64,000 nucleotides of DNA from an uncultured Tenacibaculum sp. (GTDB lineage: Bacteria > Bacteroidota > Bacteroidia > Flavobacteriales > Flavobacteriaceae), in contig CANMIL010000014.1 in assembly GCA_947497895.1 (NCBI GenBank), forward strand, positions 27,308-91,307, read 5' to 3'. Shown piece by piece: positions 10,650 to 21,957 of this stretch (within the stretch, counting starts at the first letter, position 1; every line of letters begins with the position of its first letter). The position numbers were made by a program, and so were the translations under genes. Below the pieces are notes generated by a model, which saw nothing but the letters and a program-made list of their open reading frames with translations, did not search any database and was not told where the DNA came from.

Positions 10650-11425
10650 TAGATTGCTATTTCTCCTTTAAATACAAAGGTAGCAGGTCCAATTAAAAAA
10701 ATGTTAGTATAACGATCATTATTTTTTTCAAAGGAAACAGAGAGTTCACCTCCTTTCACAGGCAATGTTATAGCAGAATTATTTGTTTTTCCAGAAGCAT
10801 GCATTGCAAGAGCAACCGCCGTAACGCCAGTACCACAAGCTAATGTTTCGTCTTCAACGCCTCTTTCGTAAGTTCTTACTTTAAAAGTAGAATCATTCAA
10901 GGGCTCAACAAAATTTACATTACTTCCTTCTTTACCATATATATTATTACGAATGTCTCTTCCTTTGGTAAAAACGTCAAAAGAATCAAGGTCTTCTACC
11001 AACTCTACATGGTGGGGAGACCCCGTATTGGCAAAACAATACGTTTCATTAATAGCAACTTCATCAACATCGATCATTTGTAAAGATACGATACCGTTGT
11101 TGATAGAGGCATGATGCAAGCCATCAATAGCAATAAAGGTTGTTTCCTTTTCAAATAATCCTATTTTATGAGCAAAAGCAACAATACATCGTCCACCATT
11201 TCCACACATAGTACTTTCATTACCGTCAGCATTGTAATATACCATTCTAAAGTCGGTGTCCTTATCGTTTTCTAATAAGATAAGTCCATCTGCACCAATA
11301 CCGAAATAACGATTACACAATGATGAAATAATGTTAGCGTTATCTTTTGGAAAGATATTTGATCTATTATCAATAATTACAAAATCGTTACCTGTACCTT
11401 GGTATTTATAAAATGTCAAATTCAT
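10649..11425 (-). CDS. dapF: Diaminopimelate epimerase
   Basis: 258 aa with YQGTGNDFVIID and both catalytic Cys motifs (MCGNGGRC and ACGTG). Confidence 0.93.
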   Translation of the reverse strand: MNLTFYKYQGTGNDFVIIDNRSNIFPKDNANIISSLCNRYFGIGADGLILLENDKDTDFRMVYYNADGNESTMCGNGGRCIVAFAHKIGLFEKETTFIAIDGLHHASINNGIVSLQMIDVDEVAINETYCFANTGSPHHVELVEDLDSFDVFTKGRDIRNNIYGKEGSNVNFVEPLNDSTFKVRTYERGVEDETLACGTGVTAVALAMHASGKTNNSAITLPVKGGELSVSFEKNNDRYTNIFLIGPATFVFKGEIAI

Positions 11426-11527
11426 AACGGCAAAGATACGTATTTAGGTATTGATTTTTCACTGTTAAACAGGGGTTAAAAATCGTTAAAATGAAGTTAA
11501 ACAGATTTTGTTAAAATGTTAAAATTG

Positions 11528-11535
11528 TATATTTG
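11528..11535 (+). promoter_or_regulatory. Candidate Bacteroidota sigma-A -7 element (TATATTTG)
   Basis: Exact match to TAnnTTTG, 23 nt upstream of the protease ATG. A TTG lies at 11508-11510, in the expected -33 region. This is a motif match only. Confidence 0.35.
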
Positions 11536-11558
11536 AGTAACTAAATTATTGTAAGCAT

Positions 11559-12935
11559 ATGAAGAAAATTTTAGGAATTTTAGTAGTAGCGTTTATAGGG
11601 GGCGCAACGTCGCTTACTGGCTACAAAATGTTTGTGGAGCAGCCTCAAGTGATTGTAGAAGAGGAAACACCAACTTTACAAACGGTAAAAGCGAATTATG
11701 TTGCCCCAACCTTAACAAATTCTTCAGTACCAACAAATTTTACTGAAGCAGCAGAGAGTACTGTGAATGCAGTGGTGCACGTAAAAAATACAGCTATCCG
11801 GACACAGCAAAACCCCTGGGCTGAATATTTATTTGGACGAGGAAAAGGTGGAAGAAAATATGAACAAGTAGGAACAGGAAGTGGAGTGATTATTTCTCCT
11901 GATGGATATATCGTAACTAACAATCATGTTATTGAAGGAGCTTCAGAAATTGAAATAACTCTGAATAATAGTAAGAAATTGAAAGCTGAATTGATAGGAA
12001 CGTCTAAGAGTAATGATATTGCACTTTTAAAAGTTGAAGCTAATGAAGATTTACCATACCTACCGTTTGCAAATTCTGATTTTGTAAAGATTGGTGAATG
12101 GGTATTGGCAGTAGGAAATCCTTACAACCTAACATCTACTGTTACTGCTGGAATTGTTAGTGCAAAAGGCCGTGATTTAGATGGAAATAATAATACGGAA
12201 TCATTCATTCAAACGGATGCTGCTGTAAACCCTGGGAATAGCGGAGGTGCTTTGGTAAATACAAGAGGTGAATTGATTGGTATAAACACAGCAATAACAT
12301 CTAGAACGGGTTCATTTATTGGATATTCATTTGCGGTACCATCTAATATAGCTAAGAAAATCATAGACGATTTACTTGAGTTTGGAACAGTACAAGAAGC
12401 TATCTTAGGGATTTCAATTGATCCAGTAGATAAGGAGATAGATGGTGTTAAAATTGGTACAATAGATGAGAAGAGCGAAGCTTTAAAAGCAGGTTTAAAA
12501 GAGGGGGATGTTATTACCAAGGTGAATAATGTGAAAATATCTAAGTTTTCTGATTTAAAAGGACAATTAACTGCTAAAAGACCTGGTGATCTTGTTGATG
12601 TAACCGTTGATCGTGATGGAGAGAGCTTGACAAAAACTATAAAGTTGAGTAAAAGAACATCTTACATTTCGCAGTATTTAGGGACGCAGTTTAAAGACTT
12701 ATCCAAGGAAGACAAAGAAAAATATGGTTTAAGTGGAGGAGCTAAAATAGAAATTACCCAAAATAGAGCTTTTTTAGAATACAATGTTGGTAAAGGGTAT
12801 ATTTTAACAAAAATAAATGGAAAAAATATAAATTCTGCTTCTGAAGCTGTTGAGATTTTGGATAAGAATCAAAATGCAAGATTTGTACTGGAAATGATTA
12901 ATCCTAATGGTGAAATTGAAAGATTTAGGTACTAA
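11559..12935 (+). CDS. HtrA/DegQ-family periplasmic serine protease with PDZ domains
   Basis: 458 aa with an N-terminal signal/anchor and the catalytic triad context (TNNHV, NDIALLK, GNSGGALVN). The C-terminal half is PDZ-like. Confidence 0.9.
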   Translation: MKKILGILVVAFIGGATSLTGYKMFVEQPQVIVEEETPTLQTVKANYVAPTLTNSSVPTNFTEAAESTVNAVVHVKNTAIRTQQNPWAEYLFGRGKGGRKYEQVGTGSGVIISPDGYIVTNNHVIEGASEIEITLNNSKKLKAELIGTSKSNDIALLKVEANEDLPYLPFANSDFVKIGEWVLAVGNPYNLTSTVTAGIVSAKGRDLDGNNNTESFIQTDAAVNPGNSGGALVNTRGELIGINTAITSRTGSFIGYSFAVPSNIAKKIIDDLLEFGTVQEAILGISIDPVDKEIDGVKIGTIDEKSEALKAGLKEGDVITKVNNVKISKFSDLKGQLTAKRPGDLVDVTVDRDGESLTKTIKLSKRTSYISQYLGTQFKDLSKEDKEKYGLSGGAKIEITQNRAFLEYNVGKGYILTKINGKNINSASEAVEILDKNQNARFVLEMINPNGEIERFRY

Positions 12936-12955
12936 AAAAAGAGCCTATAAAATAG

Positions 12956-12991
12956 AAAAAATCCTGTCCTAAAAAAGACAGGATTTTTTTA
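12956..12991 (+). terminator. Intrinsic terminator after the protease gene
   Basis: ATCCTGTC (12961-68) pairs with GACAGGAT (12977-84) and is followed by T7. Confidence 0.7.
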
Positions 12992-13024
12992 TTTCAAAAA
13001 ATTTACGAAATCGATTGAAATATG

Positions 13025-13032
13025 TACTTTTG
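13025..13032 (+). promoter_or_regulatory. Candidate -7 element (TACTTTTG)
   Basis: Exact TAnnTTTG match 34 nt upstream of the GAPDH ATG. I found no good -33 TTG at canonical spacing. Confidence 0.3.
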
Positions 13033-13066
13033 CACAAATTTTTTTAAAATTAGTTAACACACAACT

Positions 13067-14509
13067 ATGTCAACAATAACAAATTACGAAAGTGAAGTAG
13101 CCAATCAAGCTCAGGTAAGAAGAGCTACTGTTGAATTTATCAATATTGTAAACGATTTATGGTATGATAAATCGATAGAATTGGTTTTATTTCGAAATCC
13201 ATTAGTTGATAAAAGAGCTAGCGAAGTTCTTAACCTAATCAATTACGCAAAAGAGTTCGTTGCTAAACCAATTTCTATAACAGATGCTCTTGAAATAGCT
13301 AGAGCAATACAGTCAATTGAGTTGCCTGCTTCAAAATTAGATATTGGAAAATTAGCGTATGAGTATCATTTAACGGATAATTCAGACTTAGATAAAGTTG
13401 AGTTTGTGAAGAATCAGTTAAAAGATGCTACTGAGGCTGCTCCTTTTCAACCAAAAGATGTTGTTTTATACGGATTTGGACGTATCGGACGTTTATTAGC
13501 TCGTGAGTTAAGCAGTAAGATGGGGAAAGGTTCTCAATTACGTTTGCGTGCTATTGTAACTCGTGGGAAAATTGATCAATCTGTATTAGAGAAAAGAGCT
13601 TCTTTGTTAAGTGTTGACTCTGTTCACGGAGATTTCTTAGGAACTGTTCAAGTTGATGCTGAAAACAACGCATTAATTATTAATGGAACTACAGTTCAAA
13701 TGATTTCTGCAAGTCAGCCAGAAGATATTGACTATACGGAATATGGAATCAATGATGCTTTAGTTATTGATAATACTGGTGCATTTAGAGATAAAGAAGC
13801 GTTAAGTCGTTTGTTAGCTTCAAATGGAGCAAGTAAAGTATTATTAACCGCTCCTGGAAAAGGTATTCCTAATATTGTTCATGGAGTGAACCACTTAGAA
13901 AACAATCCTGATAATATCGATATTTTCTCGGCAGCTTCATGTACAACAAATGCAATTACTCCTGTATTAAAAGTTATTGAAGATAATTTCGGAATTAAAA
14001 AAGGACATTTAGAAACGATTCATGCATATACAAATGACCAAAACTTGGTAGATAATATGCATAGTAAATACAGAAGAGGTAGAGCAGCTGGATTAAACAT
14101 GGTAATCACAGAAACAGGAGCTGGAAAAGCGGTTTCTAAGGCGTTACCAGCTTTAGAAGGTAAGTTAACCTCGAGTGCAATACGTGTACCAGTTCCAAAT
14201 GGTTCATTAGCTATTTTGAACTTACAATTAAACTCTAATGCAACTGTTGATTCAGTAAATGCTATCATGAAACAATATGCTTTAGAAGGTGATTTAGTAG
14301 AGCAAATTCAATATTCATTAAGTAATGAATTAGTTTCTTCTGATATTATTGGAACAACGGCTCCTTCTATTTTCGATAGTAAAGCTACCATTGCAGAAGG
14401 AGATACTATTGTAATTTACGTATGGTATGATAATGAATATGGATACTCTCATCAGGTAATGCGTTTAGCAAAACATATAGCAAAAGTTCGTAGATATACT
14501 TACTATTAA
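13067..14509 (+). CDS. gap: Glyceraldehyde-3-phosphate dehydrogenase, long form with an N-terminal extension of about 129 aa
   Basis: 480 aa. The Rossmann motif GFGRIGR sits at residues 136-142 (my count). The active-site SCTTN motif (SAASCTTNA) and the WYDNEYGYS C-terminal signature are present. Confidence 0.9.
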   Translation: MSTITNYESEVANQAQVRRATVEFINIVNDLWYDKSIELVLFRNPLVDKRASEVLNLINYAKEFVAKPISITDALEIARAIQSIELPASKLDIGKLAYEYHLTDNSDLDKVEFVKNQLKDATEAAPFQPKDVVLYGFGRIGRLLARELSSKMGKGSQLRLRAIVTRGKIDQSVLEKRASLLSVDSVHGDFLGTVQVDAENNALIINGTTVQMISASQPEDIDYTEYGINDALVIDNTGAFRDKEALSRLLASNGASKVLLTAPGKGIPNIVHGVNHLENNPDNIDIFSAASCTTNAITPVLKVIEDNFGIKKGHLETIHAYTNDQNLVDNMHSKYRRGRAAGLNMVITETGAGKAVSKALPALEGKLTSSAIRVPVPNGSLAILNLQLNSNATVDSVNAIMKQYALEGDLVEQIQYSLSNELVSSDIIGTTAPSIFDSKATIAEGDTIVIYVWYDNEYGYSHQVMRLAKHIAKVRRYTYY

Positions 14510-14536
14510 GAGAAGATTAAATCTTGATATAATAAG

Positions 14537-14568
14537 ACCGAAACATGAAAATGTTTCGGTTTTTTTTT
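14537..14568 (+). terminator. Intrinsic terminator after gap
   Basis: ACCGAAACAT-GAAA-ATGTTTCGGT, a perfect 10-bp stem, followed by T8. Confidence 0.8.
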
Positions 14569-14608
14569 ATATTTGATATATTAACCTTATATAAATCCCC
14601 GAAATAAC

Positions 14609-14983
14609 ATGAAAAAAGCTTTGGCATTTTTTGTTCTGGCTATTGGTATTACCATAGCTTCTTATGCTCAGGATAGTTCTGATAAATCATTTCTAACTTC
14701 TGGAAAATGGAAAATCGAATCTCTAAAAATAGGTGAAGAAAAAGAAGATTTTTCAGGCTGTAAAAATAGTTGGTTGGTTTTTCAAAAGAATGGAAGTTAT
14801 AAAATGATGATGAGAAAAAATCAAAAGTTAGGTCAGTGGACTCTGGAGAACAATGAAAAATTATTAAAGTTTGAAAACCAAGGAGCAGTAGATAATTTTA
14901 AAATTTTGAAGTTAACTGAAAAGGAGTTATTGTTTTCAACTACAGATCAGGATATCGTATATACGATGACACTAAAACGATAG
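14609..14983 (+). CDS. Small secreted protein, lipocalin-like (tentative)
   Basis: 124 aa with a signal peptide (MKKALAFFVLAIGITIASYAQ). GKWKIESL...LGQWTL...ILKLTEKELLF resembles lipocalin-like domain proteins. Confidence 0.5.
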   Translation: MKKALAFFVLAIGITIASYAQDSSDKSFLTSGKWKIESLKIGEEKEDFSGCKNSWLVFQKNGSYKMMMRKNQKLGQWTLENNEKLLKFENQGAVDNFKILKLTEKELLFSTTDQDIVYTMTLKR

Positions 14984-15008
14984 AAAATAATTTTTTATAA
15001 ACCATATA

Positions 15009-15034
15009 ACCGAGGTAATTACCTCGGTTTTTTT
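15009..15034 (+). terminator. Intrinsic terminator
   Basis: AACCGAGGTAATTACCTCGGTT is a perfect palindrome followed by a T run. Confidence 0.75.
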
Positions 15035-15152
15035 GTACTTAGTTTTAACTGTTATAATGTAAGAAAGTTTTCATTAACTTAGCCACTATTACTGCACTAA
15101 AACATGTTTTTGCTAGCAGTTCATTTTTAGTATAATAGTTAAATAGATTTAA

Positions 15153-15728
15153 ATGAGAATTGTATTAAGTTTAGTAATGTTATTCGTTATGGGGAAAATA
15201 AACGCACAAGAATTGCCATATTATGAAATTCCGAAAGCTCCTGAAAATTATACAGAAGGAACAGTAGCAGCGAGAATGGTAGATGGTTTAGGTTTTCGTT
15301 ATTATTGGGGAACTGAAGGATTAAGAGAAGAAGATTTAAAATATAAACCGAATGAGGAAGCAAGAACGGTCCGAGAAACTTTAGAACATGTTTTGGGGTT
15401 ATCTATAATGACCCTGAGTGCCGTTGAAGGAAAAGAGGTAGTGTTTAAAAAAAGTGACCATCTTTCATTTGAAGAATTAAGAAAGGAAACTCTAGAGAAC
15501 TTTAAGAAAGCTAGCGATATTTTGAAGGAATCAAAGGATTTGTCAAATTTTGTAATGAAAATCCCTCGTCGCAATGGTGATACAGCTGAGTTTCCATTTT
15601 GGAACCAATTAAACGGACCTATTGCTGACGCTATTTGGCATGTTGGACAAATAGTTTCTTTCAGAAGATCTTCAGGGAATCCTTTTCCAAAAGGGGTTAG
15701 TTTATTAACAGGAACAGTAAAAAAATAG
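15153..15728 (+). CDS. Secreted DinB-superfamily-like protein (tentative)
   Basis: 191 aa with a signal peptide ending INAQ. The His-containing helices (ETLEHVLG, AIWHVGQIVSFRR) resemble the DinB/YfiT four-helix bundle. The antisense 151-aa ORF 15302-15757 is rejected. Confidence 0.45.
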   Translation: MRIVLSLVMLFVMGKINAQELPYYEIPKAPENYTEGTVAARMVDGLGFRYYWGTEGLREEDLKYKPNEEARTVRETLEHVLGLSIMTLSAVEGKEVVFKKSDHLSFEELRKETLENFKKASDILKESKDLSNFVMKIPRRNGDTAEFPFWNQLNGPIADAIWHVGQIVSFRRSSGNPFPKGVSLLTGTVKK

Positions 15729-15750
15729 GTAAAACAGTTATATTTTTTAA

Positions 15751-17748
<1,998 letters not shown>

Positions 17749-17769
17749 TATCGTAAATACAGTCTTATA

Positions 17770-18426
17770 ATGAGTAAGCAAACGAAAATTATAATGTCAC
17801 ATTTACTATTCTTAATAGTAGGTATTATTGACATTTATGCGGTAGTTATGCAAAACAGAAGTCTTGAACTCATCTTTAAACCGTTTTTAATGATTACATT
17901 GTTGATTGTTTATTTTTCGGAAGTAACCAAGCCTGATCAGTTATTCATTGCGAGTTATTTTTTTTCATTTTGGGGAAATGTATTTCTCATTTATGAAAAA
18001 AGTTATCTAATTTATGGTTTAATAGCTTTTCTAATTGTACACCTCATTTACATTAAATTGATTTTAGGTTTTTTGAAAAAGGATTCTGTTTCAAGAGTTA
18101 TTGTATTATCATTACCGTTTTCATTATTGTTTCTTGGGGTAATGTATTTCCTATTTAACAATCTTGATAATATGATGTTCCCAGTGATATTATACGGAGT
18201 GGTAGTGGCTATTTTCGGAGTGGTATCTTTGCTTACTTATTTGCAAAACAGAATTACCGAAAACTTATGGTTATTCATAGGTAGTATTCTATTTATATTT
18301 TCAAACATTTTTGTTGGATTCGATAATTTTTACGAGCCCAATCATTCTTTTAATATTTTACTAATAGCATTGTTTATTGTTGCTCAATATAGTATTTGTA
18401 GAGCCATGATATTAAAAGGGAAATAG
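17770..18426 (+). CDS. YhhN-family (lysoplasmalogenase-like) membrane protein, paralog 1
   Basis: 218 aa, polytopic, with FKPFLMITL and FSFWGNVFL motifs characteristic of YhhN/TMEM86. Confidence 0.75.
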   Translation: MSKQTKIIMSHLLFLIVGIIDIYAVVMQNRSLELIFKPFLMITLLIVYFSEVTKPDQLFIASYFFSFWGNVFLIYEKSYLIYGLIAFLIVHLIYIKLILGFLKKDSVSRVIVLSLPFSLLFLGVMYFLFNNLDNMMFPVILYGVVVAIFGVVSLLTYLQNRITENLWLFIGSILFIFSNIFVGFDNFYEPNHSFNILLIALFIVAQYSICRAMILKGK

Positions 18427-18517
18427 ATATAGTTTAGAAAAGACAAATGATCAACTTATTACTTACAAGAAATTCAAATAAGAATAAATTCTAAAAGGAG
18501 TAAAACTAAATATTAAA

Positions 18518-19198
18518 ATGCCAAAACAAACCAAACTAACCATAGCTACTATTTTATTTCTATTGGTAGCTATTACAGATGTATATGCCGTGATTACTAA
18601 TAATAAAGTGCTTGAAATCATATTCAAACCGTTACTAATGACAACATTGGTAGTTGTATATTTAATAGGTGTTGAAAAACCTAATTTTTGGTTTGTTAGT
18701 GGTCTGTTTTTTTCATTTTGGGGAGATGTTTTTCTATTGGATAAAGAGAGCTACTTTATTTTTGGATTGGCTTCTTTTTTAATGGCTCATATCATATATA
18801 TTAAAATAACAATTGGCTTTTTAGAAAAACACTTAACCACTAAGATAATTTCATCCGCTGTTCCTTTTATTTTGTTATTCATAGGAATAATATATCTCAC
18901 ATATAACAATTTAGGAAATTTGTTAGTCCCTGTAATTGTTTATGGTATAACAATAGCAACTTTTGGAGCGGTAACGCTACTGAATTATAGACAAGAGAAA
19001 CGTACGGAGGATTTATGGTTGCTTTTAGGGGCTATCCTGTTTATTTTATCTGATAGCTTAATTGCCTTGAATAATTTTTATAGCCCTAAGCACTTATTTA
19101 ACATTGCTATTATTGTATTGTATATCGTTGCCCAATATTTTATTTGTAGAGCGATGATTGTTAAAACTTCTTTAGTTCAGGAATCAGCTAACTCATAA
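18518..19198 (+). CDS. YhhN-family (lysoplasmalogenase-like) membrane protein, paralog 2
   Basis: 226 aa and collinear with the upstream paralog (FKPLLMTTL, FSFWGDVFLL, AQYFICRAMI). Confidence 0.75.
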   Translation: MPKQTKLTIATILFLLVAITDVYAVITNNKVLEIIFKPLLMTTLVVVYLIGVEKPNFWFVSGLFFSFWGDVFLLDKESYFIFGLASFLMAHIIYIKITIGFLEKHLTTKIISSAVPFILLFIGIIYLTYNNLGNLLVPVIVYGITIATFGAVTLLNYRQEKRTEDLWLLLGAILFILSDSLIALNNFYSPKHLFNIAIIVLYIVAQYFICRAMIVKTSLVQESANS

Positions 19199-19234
19199 TT
19201 CACTCAGAGAAACTTTACTTAATCGAATGATAAT

Positions 19235-19954
19235 ATGGAAAAGCCTAGAATAGAAAGATTAACACAAATTGTAACACAGCTACAGGCAAAACGTATTGTT
19301 ACGGCAAGGGAGTTAGCAGAAAAATATCAGGTAAGTATAAGAACTATTTATAGAGATATTAGAACTCTTGAGAATTCAGGAGTTCCCATAACTACAGAAG
19401 AAGGGAAAGGATATACTTTGGTTGATGGTTATCAACTGCCTCCGGTAATGTTTTCTGAAGAAGAAGCGAATGCATTAATTACAGCTGAGCAATTGATACT
19501 TAAAAACAAAGACGCTTCTCTTATAGAGAATTATATGCAGGCAATCACTAAGATAAAAGCGGTATTAAAGTATTCTCAAAAGGATAAAGCTAATTTATTA
19601 TCACAAAGAATAGCTTTTAGAGCGAATATGACAGAGGAACGATCGAGTAATTACTTAATTCAAATTCAAAAAGCTATAACTAATTTTAATTTATTGGAAT
19701 TAGAATACAGGTCTCTCGAAAACAAGTTTACTAAAAGGATGGTAGAACCTTTTGCTTTGTATAGTACAAATGAAAATTGGTTATTAATTGCATTTTGTCG
19801 ATTGAGAAAAGAGTTTCGAGCCTTTAGGTTAGATTGTATGGAAAAACTTGTTCATAGTTATGAAACCTTTGATCCTCATGACATGACTATACAGCAATAT
19901 TTTGAAATCTGTAAAGAAAAATATTTAAAAACCCTTGACAAAGGGCTGTCATAG
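19235..19954 (+). CDS. YafY-family transcriptional regulator (HTH + WYL domain)
   Basis: 239 aa. The N-terminal HTH is ARELAEKYQVSIRTIYRDIRTLENSGVPI. The WYL-like region is WLLIAFCRLRKEFRAFRLD. Confidence 0.8.
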   Translation: MEKPRIERLTQIVTQLQAKRIVTARELAEKYQVSIRTIYRDIRTLENSGVPITTEEGKGYTLVDGYQLPPVMFSEEEANALITAEQLILKNKDASLIENYMQAITKIKAVLKYSQKDKANLLSQRIAFRANMTEERSSNYLIQIQKAITNFNLLELEYRSLENKFTKRMVEPFALYSTNENWLLIAFCRLRKEFRAFRLDCMEKLVHSYETFDPHDMTIQQYFEICKEKYLKTLDKGLS

Positions 19955-19991
19955 GTAGGGCATATTTTTGTGTTGAATTAAAAATATAAGT

Positions 19992-20450
19992 ATGGAAACA
20001 ATACAAAAAAACGAGTTTTACGTTGTGGGAATTGCTGTTAGAACTTCCAATGAAAACCAAAAGGCTAAAGAAGATATTCCTATGTTATGGAGACAATTTA
20101 TGTCTATGGATATGAAAGGTCTTATTAAAAATAGAATTGACGATACTATTTGCGCGGTTTATACAAATTATGAATCAGATCATACTAAGCCATATGATAC
20201 AGTTTTGGGATTTAGAGTTGAAAATTTGGATAATATCCCCGATGAAATGGTAGGAATAACCATTAAAAGTTCTGCTTATAAAAAGTTTATTGCAAAAGGA
20301 GATCTAACTAAGGATGTTGTGATCAATAAATGGAATGAAATTTGGCAAATGGATTTAAATAGAAAGTACAGTGCCGACTTTGAGTTGTATGGTGAAAAAG
20401 CGATGGATCCGACTAATGGAGAAGTTGAAATTTTTATCGCAGTTTCTTAA
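19992..20450 (+). CDS. GyrI-like / AraC-effector-binding-domain small-molecule-binding protein
   Basis: 152 aa with FYVVGIAVRTSNEN...IPMLWRQF...FELYGEKA, the typical GyrI-like fold pattern. Confidence 0.7.
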   Translation: METIQKNEFYVVGIAVRTSNENQKAKEDIPMLWRQFMSMDMKGLIKNRIDDTICAVYTNYESDHTKPYDTVLGFRVENLDNIPDEMVGITIKSSAYKKFIAKGDLTKDVVINKWNEIWQMDLNRKYSADFELYGEKAMDPTNGEVEIFIAVS

Positions 20451-20452
20451 AG

Positions 20453-20498
20453 AATAAAAAACCATTGGTTTCTCGTGTTATAAGGAAACCAATGGTTA
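20453..20498. repeat. 46-nt hairpin repeat, copy 1 (bidirectional terminator-like)
   Basis: AATAAAAAACCATTGGTTTCTCGTGTTATAAGGAAACCAATGGTTA. A perfect 13-bp stem pairs 20460-20472 with 20485-20497 around a 12-nt loop. The minus-strand RNA has the hairpin followed by UUUUU. It is 45/46 identical to 27003-27048. Confidence 0.8.
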
Positions 20499-20502
20499 CC
20501 GA

Positions 20503-21957
20503 TTAACGATTGAATAATTCAGACATAATCGTTATTTTGTCTCTCATTACTTTTTCATTTACCGAGGAATAACCAAGCACAAGTCCTTCTTTTTTCTTTT
20601 TAGTAATATAATAGTTACTTAATGGATAGGCTACTACATTTTTAGTTAATAGCTCTTCATGAATCAAATGATCACTTTTATTTATTGTTTTAATTTTTCC
20701 TATTAGGTGTAATCCTTCAAAGGAAGTATCTATGTCTAAAAAACTTCTTGTTAATTTGGAAAATATTTTTTTTCGATTTGTCGATGCAACGATAACATTT
20801 CGAATATGTTTGTTCAAATAATCTTTGCGTATAAATTCATTGAGGTTTTCCTGTAAATGAACCGAAACAAATCTGCTGGATTGCTCATAAATACTTTTAA
20901 TTGGAGTAATCAAATATCTAGGAACTACCATATAACCAATTCTTAAAGAGGGATGTAACAGTTTGTTAAAGGTGCCAGTATAAATTACTCTGCTTTCAGA
21001 ATCTAAACTAAAAAGAGATGAAATTGGATGTTCCCAATTACTGAATTCATGATCGTAATCATCCTCTATAATTAGGGAATTATTTTTTGAAACCCAATCG
21101 AGTAATTCTTTTCTTCTGTCTTTACTCATTTTAATACCCAAAGGATATTGATTGGAAGGCGTGGTATAAATGAATTTAATCTGCTGATGTTTCATGGAAT
21201 CTATATTGATGCCTTTGGAATCTATTCCGCAAGGAATAATATTCGCTTTTAAGCTTTCGAATAGGTAATAAGCTCTGGGGAAAGTTGGATTTTCCATGAT
21301 GATAGTATCTCCTTTATTTAGTAAGCTATTGCCTATTAAATATAAGGAGTGTAAAGAACCTGAAGTGATAATGATTTGTTGATAATCACAATTTATATTT
21401 CTATAAATACGAAGATAATTCATAATACTTACTCTTAATTTATCAAGCCCTTCAGTTGGAGCGTATGATAAATTTGTAGGGGTAGCTTCTCTCCAATATG
21501 TATTTGAAATTTGTTTCCATTGGTGAATAGGGAAAATATCTAATGGAGGTAAACCAGGTCTGAAAGCAACATTGTTCTTAGAGAATGTATCTGTATTTAA
21601 GTATGTGTTTTTTAAAAAGTGATTAGCTCTATTAGATATTGCAGGGTATTTATAAATAGTACTGCGTGCATCTGATAAGTGTTTTTTAGTTTGATTATAA
21701 TTCACAAAAACACCAGCTCCTTTTTTGGATACGATAAATCTTTCAAAGCTCAATAAATCAAAAGCTTTTAGTACTGTGCTTCTCGATATACCTAAATCAT
21801 CAGCTAATACTCTCGTAGGTGGTAGTTGAGTATTATTAGGTATAGCCTTGTTTATGATTAAATATTTAAACGAATTATATATTCTCTTGTAAAGAGGAGT
21901 TTTATGATTGTTCCACTCTTTAGTTTCCTGTAGTAAGTTCTTAACATTAAAATACAA
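20503..21957 (-). CDS. MocR/GabR-type regulator (GntR HTH fused to a PLP-dependent aminotransferase-like domain)
   Basis: 484 aa with a TTG start. The N-terminus (PLYKRIYNSFKYLI...LPPTRVLADDLGISRSTV) is a GntR wHTH. The C-terminal roughly 350 aa are fold-type-I aminotransferase-like. Confidence 0.85.
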   Translation of the reverse strand: MYFNVKNLLQETKEWNNHKTPLYKRIYNSFKYLIINKAIPNNTQLPPTRVLADDLGISRSTVLKAFDLLSFERFIVSKKGAGVFVNYNQTKKHLSDARSTIYKYPAISNRANHFLKNTYLNTDTFSKNNVAFRPGLPPLDIFPIHQWKQISNTYWREATPTNLSYAPTEGLDKLRVSIMNYLRIYRNINCDYQQIIITSGSLHSLYLIGNSLLNKGDTIIMENPTFPRAYYLFESLKANIIPCGIDSKGINIDSMKHQQIKFIYTTPSNQYPLGIKMSKDRRKELLDWVSKNNSLIIEDDYDHEFSNWEHPISSLFSLDSESRVIYTGTFNKLLHPSLRIGYMVVPRYLITPIKSIYEQSSRFVSVHLQENLNEFIRKDYLNKHIRNVIVASTNRKKIFSKLTRSFLDIDTSFEGLHLIGKIKTINKSDHLIHEELLTKNVVAYPLSNYYITKKKKEGLVLGYSSVNEKVMRDKITIMSELFNR

